NCBI GenBank assembly: GCA_030059665.1
Contig: JANVYR010000001.1
Location: 384,001 to 448,000, forward strand
Length of the DNA: 64,000 bases
Source of the DNA: Candidatus Calditenuis fumarioli
GTDB taxonomy: Archaea > Thermoproteota > Nitrososphaeria_A > Caldarchaeales > Calditenuaceae
Direction of reading: 5' to 3'
Shown here: positions 53,532 through 62,646 of the stretch, piece by piece
Position numbering within the stretch: the first letter of the stretch is position 1
How the letters are laid out: each line of letters opens with the position of its first letter
Notes under the pieces: model-generated
Seen by the model: the letters and a program-made list of their open reading frames with translations, nothing else
What the model was told of the DNA's origin: nothing
Databases searched by the model: none
Program-made: the position numbers and the translations under genes

Positions 53532-54911
53532 ATGAGCTCACCGGCGATCTACGAACATCTGCTCCTGCTGGCGGTGGCCGCTGTCGTCGTCTTCCCGAAC
53601 CAGCTTCCATATCCTCCACTGGATACGACGCCCTCCGCGGTCTCTTCACCGGCCGTCAACGTCCTCGTCATGGCGCTTCCGACGGAGCGGGCCGTTGTGG
53701 TCTACGAGATCGATTCAGGATCCCTCTGGAGAATAGGACTGGGCTTCGTTCCGGAGGGGGTCGTCTCGTCGGGCGACAGGGCGCTTGCCTACTCGAGGAT
53801 CCAGCAGAAGGCGGCGCTCCTCGACCTCCGGGCTAGGGCCGTCCTAAGGGAGATCGACGTCCGGGTGGAGGCTGCCTGGCCTGCAGCGAACGGCTTCCTC
53901 GTCCACGACGGCCTCAAGCTGATCGTCCTCAGCCCCGACGGAGAGATCGTCAGGGACTTCAAAACCGGTTATGCCGGATCGCCCTGGTCCGGTAGTGCTA
54001 AGGGGAACGCTTTCTGGTTCGTTGAGGAGGACCTCGTGACGCTGAACCTCCTCGACCTGAGTACTGGTCAGATCAGGCAGGTCTACAAACACAACGATAA
54101 GATAACAGCGGTTCTCGCGCTCACCGAAAACAGTGCAGCCATCTCCTCGAAGGGCTACATGGGTATCATTAGGTCCGACGGGACGCGGAGGGACCTCAAG
54201 ATCCCATATCAGGTCTCAGAGGCGACGTTTCTGTTCCCCGCGAAAGCAGGGAGGGTCGTCTTCGTCGACTTGATCCATCGCGTCGTGGGGATCATCGGTG
54301 AGGACCTCGCGGAACATAGGGTGGTCGAGAGGTTGACGTTCGCCCTCGCCTCACCTGCGCCGTCAAAGCTCTACGTCCTCGACCCATCGGCGAAGACGCT
54401 GGACCTATTCGACCTCACGTTCGAGCCCGAGATCAGGGAGGCGCGCTTCCTCGTCACCGGGAAGTCCACGGTCAGGGTCGAGGCCGTCGTGGTGGACCTG
54501 GACAAGGACGCGGAACCGGGGTTCCCGCAGGTAGTCGTCGAGGACAGTAAGGGCACGAGGACGATAGTTCCGATGAGGGCCCTCCCCGACAGCAGGTACT
54601 CGGCGGACGTGGACCTGAGCGACCTGCGGGGAACGGCGACCGTCAGGGTCGTCGTGAGGGACGAGGAGGGGCACGTCGCCCAGAGCAAAGAGTACAGGGT
54701 AGAGGTGGAGGCAGGCGAGATCAAGACGACGACTGGACTCACCGTCACAAACACAGTCACTAGCCCTGCCCAAACCGGTAGGGAGACCCAGCAGCTGCTG
54801 TTGTCCTCGGTCGAGCTGACCTTCTTCCTCGTCCTGGTGGGCGCCCTCGTCCTCGTGGCACTCAGGGCCCGCAGAACCGGAAGGTCACGCGCCAGGAAGA
54901 GAAAGGCTTAA
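53532..54911 (+). CDS. Cell-surface protein: beta-propeller-like region, Ig-like domain, Thr-rich linker, C-terminal TM anchor
   Basis: N-terminal hydrophobic segment, beta-rich repeats, TTTGLTVTNTVT linker, TM helix and basic tail RRTGRSRARKRKA. Confidence 0.7.
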   Translation: MSSPAIYEHLLLLAVAAVVVFPNQLPYPPLDTTPSAVSSPAVNVLVMALPTERAVVVYEIDSGSLWRIGLGFVPEGVVSSGDRALAYSRIQQKAALLDLRARAVLREIDVRVEAAWPAANGFLVHDGLKLIVLSPDGEIVRDFKTGYAGSPWSGSAKGNAFWFVEEDLVTLNLLDLSTGQIRQVYKHNDKITAVLALTENSAAISSKGYMGIIRSDGTRRDLKIPYQVSEATFLFPAKAGRVVFVDLIHRVVGIIGEDLAEHRVVERLTFALASPAPSKLYVLDPSAKTLDLFDLTFEPEIREARFLVTGKSTVRVEAVVVDLDKDAEPGFPQVVVEDSKGTRTIVPMRALPDSRYSADVDLSDLRGTATVRVVVRDEEGHVAQSKEYRVEVEAGEIKTTTGLTVTNTVTSPAQTGRETQQLLLSSVELTFFLVLVGALVLVALRARRTGRSRARKRKA

Positions 54912-54938
54912 CGGGGTATTGACTTCCCAACGTATGGA

Positions 54939-56945
54939 ATGCCAGCTCACAGGCTGCTCTGGTCCCCCAGCGAGGATGACGTTGAGGACGCCAACATCAC
55001 CAAATTCATCGAGTTCGTGGTCAGGCGAAGGGGCATAGAGCTGGGAGGCTACTTCGACCTTTACGACTGGTCGGTCTCGGAGATACCAGAGTTCTGGAGG
55101 GAGGTCTGGGACTTCGTCGGCGTCATCTCCTCCGAGGGTTACACCGCGGTCGTCGACGACCTGAAGAAGTTCCCCGGTGCGAGGTGGTTCGTCGGAGCGA
55201 AGCTGAACTTCGCGGAGAACCTGATGAGGTACGGCGACGAGCGGACCGCGATCGTCTTCAGGGACGAGACCGGTGAGAGGAGGGAGTACACCTACCGGGA
55301 CGCCCACCTCGAGGTCGCCCGCTTCAGGGAGTACCTGAAGGAGATCGGCGTCGGACCAGGAGACAGGGTTGTGTCCTACATGCCGAACGTGCCCGAGACG
55401 GTCTTCGCCATGCTCGCAGCCACAAGCCTCGGGGCCGCTTGGTCCTCCACCGGAACCGAGCTCGGGCCCACAGCGGTGATCGACAGGCTGGGACAGCTGG
55501 AGCCGAAGGTCATGATCACCGTGGACCAGTCTGTTTACAAGGGCAGGATAACGGACGTCAGGCAGAACGCGGCGAAGATCGCCGGGTCCATCCCCTCGCT
55601 CGAGGCGGTCCTCGTCGTGGAGAGGTTCCGGGAGAGGGCCGACGTCTCATCGATTCCGAAGGCCGTCAGCGCCTCGGACGTCCTCTCCGGCAAGGGCGAG
55701 GCCGAGAGCGTCAGATTCGAGCAGGTGGAGGCCAACAGTCCGGTTTACGTCATGTTCTCCTCGGGGACCACCGGGAAGCCCAAGTGCATGGTCCAGAGCG
55801 TCGCCGGAGTCCTGGTGAACCACCTGAAGGAGCTCGTCCTGCACACGGATCTGAAAAGGGAGGACGCGCTGCTTTACATCACATCGCCGAGCTGGATGAT
55901 GTGGAACTGGATGACCAGCTCGCTGGCCGTGGGCTCCGAGCTCGTGCTCTTCGACGGCAACCCGCTGTACCCTGACTGGAAAACGATCTGGCGCATCGTG
56001 GAGGAGGAGGGAGTGACGGTGTTCGGTTGCAGCGCCAGCTACGTCTACGCCATCAAAGGCGCCAACGCGGAGCCCGGAAGGGAGTTCGACCTCTGGAGGT
56101 TGAGGGAAATCTCCCAGACCGGGTCGCCCCTCTCGGCGGACGGCTTCGCCTGGGTATACGAGCACGTCAAGTCCGACCTCTGGTTCAACTCGATCTCCGG
56201 CGGCACCGACATCAACGGCTGCTTCCTCGCGGGTAGCCCGACGCTTCCCGTCTACGCCGGGGAGCTCCAGGCCCCTGCTCTCGGGATGAAGGTGAAGGCT
56301 TACGACGAGATGGGGAACGAGGTCTACGACAGGGAGGGCGAGCTGGTCTGCGAGGCTCCTTCGCCCTCGATGCCGATCTACTTCTGGAACGACCCTGATT
56401 ACAGGAGGTACGTGGAGACCTACTTCGAGTTCTACCGCAGGGTGGGGAAGAACGTCTGGAGGCACGGCGACTGGATAACGATCTACTCGGACACGAGGAG
56501 CGCGGTCATCCACGGGAGGTCGGACGCCACCCTGAAGGTCTCGGGCGTCAGGATCGGTACCGCTGAGATCTACCGGGTGGTGGAGAGGTTCCCCGAGGTC
56601 GCTGACAGCCTGGTAGCATCGCTCGACCTGGAAGGCGAAACGGTCGTCGTACTCTTCGTCAAGATGCGGGAGGGTAAGGAGCTGACGGAGGACCTCGCGG
56701 ATCGGATCAGGAGGGCTCTGAGGGAGGAGGCTTCGCCGAGGCACGTGCCGCACTACGTCGTCGCAGCACCCGACATACCGTACACCTTCAACCTGAAGAA
56801 GGTCGAGATTGCGGTTACGAACCTCCTCAACGGCAGGCCCGTAACGAACAGGGAGGCTATCGTGAACGCGGAGGTCCTGGAGTTCTACGAGAGGTTCGCG
56901 CAGGATTTGAGGAGGAAGCTGACGGAGTCCGGGAAGAGAGGTTAG
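54939..56945 (+). CDS. Acetoacetate-CoA ligase
   Basis: LWSPS, FPGARWF..AKLNFAENL, MFSSGTTGKPKCMVQ, WMMWNW, SISGGTDI and GRSDATL. Confidence 0.9.
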   Translation: MPAHRLLWSPSEDDVEDANITKFIEFVVRRRGIELGGYFDLYDWSVSEIPEFWREVWDFVGVISSEGYTAVVDDLKKFPGARWFVGAKLNFAENLMRYGDERTAIVFRDETGERREYTYRDAHLEVARFREYLKEIGVGPGDRVVSYMPNVPETVFAMLAATSLGAAWSSTGTELGPTAVIDRLGQLEPKVMITVDQSVYKGRITDVRQNAAKIAGSIPSLEAVLVVERFRERADVSSIPKAVSASDVLSGKGEAESVRFEQVEANSPVYVMFSSGTTGKPKCMVQSVAGVLVNHLKELVLHTDLKREDALLYITSPSWMMWNWMTSSLAVGSELVLFDGNPLYPDWKTIWRIVEEEGVTVFGCSASYVYAIKGANAEPGREFDLWRLREISQTGSPLSADGFAWVYEHVKSDLWFNSISGGTDINGCFLAGSPTLPVYAGELQAPALGMKVKAYDEMGNEVYDREGELVCEAPSPSMPIYFWNDPDYRRYVETYFEFYRRVGKNVWRHGDWITIYSDTRSAVIHGRSDATLKVSGVRIGTAEIYRVVERFPEVADSLVASLDLEGETVVVLFVKMREGKELTEDLADRIRRALREEASPRHVPHYVVAAPDIPYTFNLKKVEIAVTNLLNGRPVTNREAIVNAEVLEFYERFAQDLRRKLTESGKRG

Positions 56946-57343
56946 GGGGCCGGCTCGAAGCCCTCTATATCCAATATCGAACCGACCCTCTTCTGCCTGA
57001 ACCTCACCCTGACCCTCATACCTTCCCTCGGATCGCCCTCGCCGAGATACCGGTGCAGAAGGCCGCCGCCGAAACCGTCGAAGGACACGAAGGCCAGCAC
57101 CTCACCGCCTCCGTACCTGGTCCAGGTGACGACCCTGCCCTCATTGGTGACCTCGACGTGCTCGACCTTGCCGTCTATGCAGTGGGGACAGAACGCGAAG
57201 GGCGGGACGTACGACCTCGAGCAGGCCCTGCACCTCGACCCCCTCAGCACGCCGTTTCGGAGGCCCTCGAGGAAGACCGAGAGCGCGAAGCCCGCAGGGT
57301 ACTCGTAGGGGTTCTCTATCGAGTGCCTGAACTCCCCTGCCAT
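56942..57343 (-). CDS. DUF35 Zn-ribbon/OB-fold protein
   Basis: From ATG 57343: FLEGLRNG..GSRCRACSRSYVPPFAFCPHC. Confidence 0.88.
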   Translation of the reverse strand: MAGEFRHSIENPYEYPAGFALSVFLEGLRNGVLRGSRCRACSRSYVPPFAFCPHCIDGKVEHVEVTNEGRVVTWTRYGGGEVLAFVSFDGFGGGLLHRYLGEGDPREGMRVRVRFRQKRVGSILDIEGFEPAP

Positions 57344-57348
57344 CCCCC

Positions 57349-57999
57349 TCACCCCCGCAAAGGTGCGAAGTAGAGCACGTCGGTGATGCTCCCCGTCCTC
57401 TCCTCCTTCGGTTTCCAGACCGGCCTCACCTTCATCCCGATCTCGATCTCGGAGGGTTCGACCTCGCCGAGCCTGTGGAGGATGCCTGCGGCGTGGGCCA
57501 CCGTTGAGCTGTTGGGCCTGATGACCTTCGTGCCCTCGAACCAGATCACCGCTATGGGCTCCGGTCTCGGCAGCCTCACCTTGGGGTTCGTGCCGATGTG
57601 GGCGATCGAGTAGGTGGCGACCTCGCCCTCGCCGCTGTGCTCGATCCACTCGTCGACCCTCCTGAAGCACCACTCGCAGAAGGTCCTGGGAGGTATCAGG
57701 ACCCTGCCGCAGCCGGTGCACCTCGTCCCCACGAACTTGCCCTCCCTCAGCCCCTGGAGGAACCTCGTCATGGCAATACCGGTGCTCCTCCTGTACCGGT
57801 AGTCGAGCAGGTATGGCGTGACCAGCAGCTCCGCAGGGAGCTCGAACTCGGTCCTGCCCCTCACCTCCTGCAACGCCTTCGTCCAGGCCCCCTCCCTGCC
57901 GTCGCCCACCTCGGCGACCGCTCTGGAGAGGAGCTCCGCGAGCGGCCCATCGAGCCCGGACAGGGTTTCCGGAGCGAACCTGACGAGCCTGGCCCTCAT
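57349..57999 (-). CDS. DUF35 Zn-ribbon/OB-fold protein with N-terminal extension
   Basis: ATG 57999 overlaps the thiolase stop; TRFLQGL..GKFVGTRCTGCGRVLIPPRTFCEWC. Confidence 0.88.
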   Translation of the reverse strand: MRARLVRFAPETLSGLDGPLAELLSRAVAEVGDGREGAWTKALQEVRGRTEFELPAELLVTPYLLDYRYRRSTGIAMTRFLQGLREGKFVGTRCTGCGRVLIPPRTFCEWCFRRVDEWIEHSGEGEVATYSIAHIGTNPKVRLPRPEPIAVIWFEGTKVIRPNSSTVAHAAGILHRLGEVEPSEIEIGMKVRPVWKPKEERTGSITDVLYFAPLRG

Positions 58000-59150
58000 C
58001 TCCTGCACACCACCACCGTGCCCACCTGCATCAGGTCACCCCACGCCTGAGCCACGCCCACATATGCGTTCGGGACCTGCCTCTTCCCCGCACGCCCGGA
58101 GAGCTGCCAGTAAAGCTCGGCGACCTTCATCAGCCCCGCTGCCGCGATGGGGTTGCCGACGCCGAGTAGGCCTCCGGAGGGCGATGCCGGATGGTCGCCG
58201 TCCCTGTGGAGCTGGCCCTCTTTCAGCAGCTTCGGTGCCAGCCCTGGCCTCCCGAGAAGCCCGTCCAGGTGATGGAGCTCCTTGTACGTGAACGGGTCGT
58301 AGGGCTCCCAGACGTCGACCTCCTTCAGCGGATTGACTATCCCCGCCATCCGGTAGGCCCTCTGCGCCGCGAGATAGACGTAGTACGGGAAGGCGAGGTC
58401 CCTGTTCGTCCAGTACTGGGAATCGAGGCACGTTGCCACACCGTCGATCCAGACCGGCGTGTCGGTGAGCTTCCTCGCCTCCTGCTCCGACGCGAGAAGG
58501 ATTGCGACCGCTCCGTCCGATGTGGGGCTGATGTCGAGCCTGTTCACAGGCCAGACCATCACCTCCGAGTTGAGCACGTCCTGGACGGTTATCCTCGCAC
58601 CGAGCTGGGCATGGGGGTGGTCGAGGGCGTTCGCCTTGTTCTTCACGGCCACCTCCGCGATGAGCTCCTTCGTCAGGTTGTGGGCCTCCATGTACCTCCT
58701 CATCTCGAGCGCGAAAATCCAGATCAGGTTCGGTCCGAGGGGTTGCTCGATCACCGGCTCGAAGATCGTCTGGAAGAGCTTCTGGGCGTGCGGGTACGGA
58801 GGGCTCATCTTCTCCCAAGCCACCACCAGGAGCGTGTCGAAGAGGCCTGAGGCGACGTGGTACCAGCCAGCGACCGCTGCGGCCACACCGCTCCCTCCTC
58901 CGACGAAGACGCGGGTGATGGGCTTGCCGATGGCCCCAGCCGCCTCGTTCGCGATCGAGACCTTGTCGTGGTAGCCGTCGAAGGCGTCGGGCGCCGAGGC
59001 GCACAGGACCCCGTCGACGTACCTGATCGAGAGGGATCCCACGTCGTCGAGGCACCTCTTCACGGCCTCCCTGATCATCTCCGGCGACGAGTGGGGGAGC
59101 ATCGACCTGAAGTCGGTCATCCCAGCACCGACTATCGCGACCCTCCTCAC
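57996..59150 (-). CDS. Thiolase-fold protein lacking catalytic Cys (Ltp3-like putative aldolase subunit)
   Basis: Thiolase fold (VAIVGAGMT, EKM, AVKNK.NA, SDGAVAI) with TRVFVGGGSG, EPYDPF and GGLLGVGNPI at the catalytic positions. Confidence 0.85.
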   Translation of the reverse strand: MRRVAIVGAGMTDFRSMLPHSSPEMIREAVKRCLDDVGSLSIRYVDGVLCASAPDAFDGYHDKVSIANEAAGAIGKPITRVFVGGGSGVAAAVAGWYHVASGLFDTLLVVAWEKMSPPYPHAQKLFQTIFEPVIEQPLGPNLIWIFALEMRRYMEAHNLTKELIAEVAVKNKANALDHPHAQLGARITVQDVLNSEVMVWPVNRLDISPTSDGAVAILLASEQEARKLTDTPVWIDGVATCLDSQYWTNRDLAFPYYVYLAAQRAYRMAGIVNPLKEVDVWEPYDPFTYKELHHLDGLLGRPGLAPKLLKEGQLHRDGDHPASPSGGLLGVGNPIAAAGLMKVAELYWQLSGRAGKRQVPNAYVGVAQAWGDLMQVGTVVVCRR

Positions 59151-60304
59151 GCCGCATCACCTGTCCTGAGGAAGGCGAGCGTCCCCGAATCGGATATCTC
59201 CGAGTGGAGGGACCCCACTATCGCGGCCCTCGCTCCCCTCACCTGGACCCTGCCGGCCTCGCCCCTGAGCTGCCTGACCGCGCCGACGAAGGCCCTCGCG
59301 CCGGAGGAGTTGAGGGAGTTCCCGTTCCCGATGCACCCACCCGAGGGATTGAGGGGGAGGGTCGATCCGGGATCGAGCTCGCCGGCCCTAAGCATCCTGA
59401 CGGCCTCTCCATCCGAGCCGAGCATGGCGGAGAGGAACTGGAGCTCCTGGTGCGCGGAGAACTCGGTGAACTCGATGAGGTCCACGGCCCTGATCGGGTT
59501 GGTGCCGATCGCGCTCCTCACCCGGTCCAGCGCAGCTCCGACCCACTCCATCTTGCCCCAGCTCCTCATCCACTGATGCGCCGCAGAGGTGGTTCCCGAG
59601 CTCCAGACCATGGCGAGCTCCACCGCCCGGTCAGAGCGTCTCCCCCACTTCTCGGTTCCGAGCACGACCACCGCGACGTAGTCCGAGAAACGGGCGACGT
59701 GCCTCCGCCTAAGCGGCTCGTAAAGGAACGGGTCCTCCTCCAGCTGCTCTGCGGTCACCTCCTCACCGTAGGGGCCTCCGGAGAGCGCCGCGTTCCTCGA
59801 GTTCTTCGCCGCGACGGAGGAGAGGTCGTGGGTTGTGCATCCGGAAGACCTAAGGAAGGCCCTCGCGTCAAGTCCCAACAGGACGTAGGGGTCGGCGAGG
59901 AGGGGCCTGAGGCAGTGCGGGTCGAGTGAAGACCTCAGCACGTCGTTGTAGTTCTCGATCTCTGATGGCCTGGCGTGGGACTCGACCACCGCGAGCTCCA
60001 TCATCCCCGACCTCAGGGCCATGTACGCGTGGAAGAGGGCCTCGAGGAAGTCGCCAGCCACGAGCATGTTGAACTTCAGCCTCGTCCCTACCTGATCGGG
60101 AGTGTATTCATCCGCAATCGATATCCCTTCGACGAAGTCCTGCTCGGCGGAGAAGAGGCCCTCGACCTCATCCGGCTCGACGCCCGCGTCAGCGTAGGCC
60201 CTGACCGCAGCCTCGAAGGTCGCCTCCCTGAAGTCGAGCTCCCTCATCGAAGTCGAGGGAGGAAGTCCCCCCACCCCGAGAACGTATACCTTGTTGAACC
60301 CCAT
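59147..60304 (-). CDS. Degenerate thiolase-fold protein (Ltp4-like partner subunit)
   Basis: VYVLGVG, VAAKNSRNA and NPSGGCIGNGN; no nucleophile Cys (VAGDFLEA) and no HDxF motif. GTGA overlap with the next gene; own TATA-like TTTTAAT about 30 nt upstream. Confidence 0.82.
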   Translation of the reverse strand: MGFNKVYVLGVGGLPPSTSMRELDFREATFEAAVRAYADAGVEPDEVEGLFSAEQDFVEGISIADEYTPDQVGTRLKFNMLVAGDFLEALFHAYMALRSGMMELAVVESHARPSEIENYNDVLRSSLDPHCLRPLLADPYVLLGLDARAFLRSSGCTTHDLSSVAAKNSRNAALSGGPYGEEVTAEQLEEDPFLYEPLRRRHVARFSDYVAVVVLGTEKWGRRSDRAVELAMVWSSGTTSAAHQWMRSWGKMEWVGAALDRVRSAIGTNPIRAVDLIEFTEFSAHQELQFLSAMLGSDGEAVRMLRAGELDPGSTLPLNPSGGCIGNGNSLNSSGARAFVGAVRQLRGEAGRVQVRGARAAIVGSLHSEISDSGTLAFLRTGDAA

Positions 60305-60482
60305 TGCAACTTCTCTTAGCGTCTATCGATTAAAAGTTTGTGCGGTGTCCGCGTGCTGTAACGCGTCTCATCTCACGGCGTTCCGCTCTCCTCCGAAACC
60401 CCATTCCAGTAGGTGAGGGTTGACGGCCCGATTTCCATCGGACGGTTTTCGAGGGACACAAGGTGATGCAAGGAATCGTCGC

Positions 60483-61652
60483 TCAGTAGGACTTCGGCAG
60501 ACCCAGGACGTGGGTCCCGATGTAGCCGAGGATGAGCTCGTTGGTGACCGGCGCGGTCTTGAAGAGGCGCAGGATCGGGTAGAGCGTGATCAGGTCGGTC
60601 CCGAGCTCGAAGGCGTAGCCCCCGAACGCCTGCATGGCGACGTCCAGAGCCTCAAGCCCTGCCTCCGACGCGAGCAGCTTGGCAGCGTTGGCCAGCTCCA
60701 GTCCCTTGCCTGACCGGTCGTGGAGCGCCGCGGCGGCGTAGACCATCGAACGGGCCGCCTCGAGGTGGGCGAAGGCCCTCGCCATCGGGAACTGCAGGCC
60801 CTGGTGCGAGCCGATCGGGACGTCGAAGACCCTCCTAGTCTTCGCGTACTCGACGGCCTTGCTCAGGGCGAAATCGCCCAGACCAACGGAGATCGCGGCG
60901 ATCATCAGCCTCTCGACGTTCAACCCCTCGAACAACGTCCTGTAACCCTCCCCCTCCCTCCCTATCAGCTGGTCGCTCGATGCCCTGACCGAGTCGAGGT
61001 AGACCGCGTACTGCCACTCGGGCCCTTTCATGTCTATGTCGAGGGGCTCCATCCTGATGCCGGGGTCCGAGGTCTCAAGGACGAAAAGGGAGATCCCGTA
61101 CCTCTTGTCGCCCACCTCGTCGTACCTCTTCGTCCTCGCCACGAGCAGCATGTAGTCCGACTCCCTCGCGCCGCTGATGAAGACCTTCTGGCCGGTGATG
61201 ACGTAGCCGTCGCCGTCCCTCCTCGCCAGCGTCGAGATCCGCCAGGTGTTCGAGCCGGCCTCAGGCTCTGTCAGGGCGAAGCTCATGCGCCTCCCCTCCG
61301 TGCACGTCGGCGTGACGAAACGCCTGATCTGCTCCTCCGTCCCAGCGGAGAGGACGATGTGCCTGCTGAAGTGGGTGACGAGGAACTGCAGCACCGGCAA
61401 ACCCTCCAGCGCCAGCGCCTCCTGCGTCAGCACCGCGCCCCTCAGCCCGAACCCCGATCCGCCGTACCTCTCCGGGACGCCAACCCCTGTCAGGCCCTGC
61501 CTCCTCATCTCCTCCCAGAGCTCATCCGGCGGCTCCCTCCTCCTCCACTTCTCGAGCCAGTAGGACCTCCCGAAAACCCTCGCGACCGACCTGGCGGTCT
61601 TCAGCAGAAGGCCCTCCTCATCGGTGAGCGTCTCGTGCAGCGGTATCCGCAA
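60483..61652 (-). CDS. Acyl-CoA dehydrogenase
   Basis: FALTEPEAGSN, ITGQKVFIS, LNVERL, FDVPIGSHQGLQF and FGGY; C-terminal TAPVTNE lacks the usual Glu. Confidence 0.92.
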   Translation of the reverse strand: MRIPLHETLTDEEGLLLKTARSVARVFGRSYWLEKWRRREPPDELWEEMRRQGLTGVGVPERYGGSGFGLRGAVLTQEALALEGLPVLQFLVTHFSRHIVLSAGTEEQIRRFVTPTCTEGRRMSFALTEPEAGSNTWRISTLARRDGDGYVITGQKVFISGARESDYMLLVARTKRYDEVGDKRYGISLFVLETSDPGIRMEPLDIDMKGPEWQYAVYLDSVRASSDQLIGREGEGYRTLFEGLNVERLMIAAISVGLGDFALSKAVEYAKTRRVFDVPIGSHQGLQFPMARAFAHLEAARSMVYAAAALHDRSGKGLELANAAKLLASEAGLEALDVAMQAFGGYAFELGTDLITLYPILRLFKTAPVTNELILGYIGTHVLGLPKSY

Positions 61653-61671
61653 ACTTCGACTCCCCCTTTGA

Positions 61672-62646
61672 TCAGTGGGCGGCCGACTTCCTTATCGCGT
61701 TTGCTATCCGGTCCTTGTTGGGGAGGTACAGGTGCTCGTGGACCAGAGGGTAGGGCGTGTCGTAACCGGTCACCCTCAGTATGGGCGCCTCGAGGCTGTA
61801 GATCTCCCGTTCCGCGATGGTGGCGGCGATCTCCGCGCCGAACCCTGACGTCTTCTGGGCCTCGTGGACGATCACCGGCCTCCCGGTCTTCCTGACCGAC
61901 CTCGAGATCGCCTCCCAGTCGTAGGGTATCAGGCTCCTCAGGTCTATCACCTCAACGGATATCCCCTCCTTCTCGACCTCCTCCGCGGCAGCGACCGCGT
62001 CGTAGACCGTGGCCCCGTAGGTGATCACCGTGACGTCACTGCCCTCCCTGACCAGCCTCGCCTTCCCTATCGGGACGGTGTATTCCCCATCCGGTACGTC
62101 CTCCTTCAGCGAGTGGTAGAGCCTCTTCGGCTCGAAGAAGATCACGGGGTCGTCGTCGCGTATCGCGGAGATCAGCAGCCCCTTTGCGTCGGAGGGGGTG
62201 GAGGGAACGACGACCTTCAGCCCTGCCGTGTTGGTGAAGTAGGACTCCGGGCTCTGGGAGTGGTACATCCCTCCCCTGACGCCTCCACCGACGGGAGCCC
62301 TGATCACGAGAGGTGCAGCGTAGTGGCCCGCGTTCCGGTACCTGAACTTGGCGACGTTCGAGACCAGCTGCTCGAAGCCCCCGAAGATGAAGTCGGAGAA
62401 CTGGATCTCGGCCACCGGCCTCATCCCGTTCGCAGCCAACCCGAGGGCGACGCCGATTATCGCGGACTCCGAGAGGGGAGTGTCCATGACGCGCTTGGGC
62501 CCGAACTCGACGAGGAGGCCCTCCGTGCAACGGAAGACGCCGCCGTTGACGCCCACGTCCTCGCCCAGCACAACGACCCTCTCGTCCCGCCTCATCTCGT
62601 ATCTGAGGGCCTCGTTTATCGCCTTCGCGAAGGTCAGGACCGTCAT
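61672..62646 (-). CDS. 2-oxoacid dehydrogenase E1 beta subunit (PDH/BCKDH type)
   Basis: LGEDVG..GGVFR, DTPLSE, EIQFSDF, HSQSPE and VHEA. Confidence 0.93.
   Translation of the reverse strand: MTVLTFAKAINEALRYEMRRDERVVVLGEDVGVNGGVFRCTEGLLVEFGPKRVMDTPLSESAIIGVALGLAANGMRPVAEIQFSDFIFGGFEQLVSNVAKFRYRNAGHYAAPLVIRAPVGGGVRGGMYHSQSPESYFTNTAGLKVVVPSTPSDAKGLLISAIRDDDPVIFFEPKRLYHSLKEDVPDGEYTVPIGKARLVREGSDVTVITYGATVYDAVAAAEEVEKEGISVEVIDLRSLIPYDWEAISRSVRKTGRPVIVHEAQKTSGFGAEIAATIAEREIYSLEAPILRVTGYDTPYPLVHEHLYLPNKDRIANAIRKSAAH

Noticed and set aside
60305-60482. Candidate sRNA in the gap between the ACAD and thiolase genes (CCGAT-GGAA-ATCGG hairpin on the - strand)
   Set aside because: Only one short hairpin, with no ordered C/D or H/ACA boxes; the gap is explained by a terminator plus promoter.
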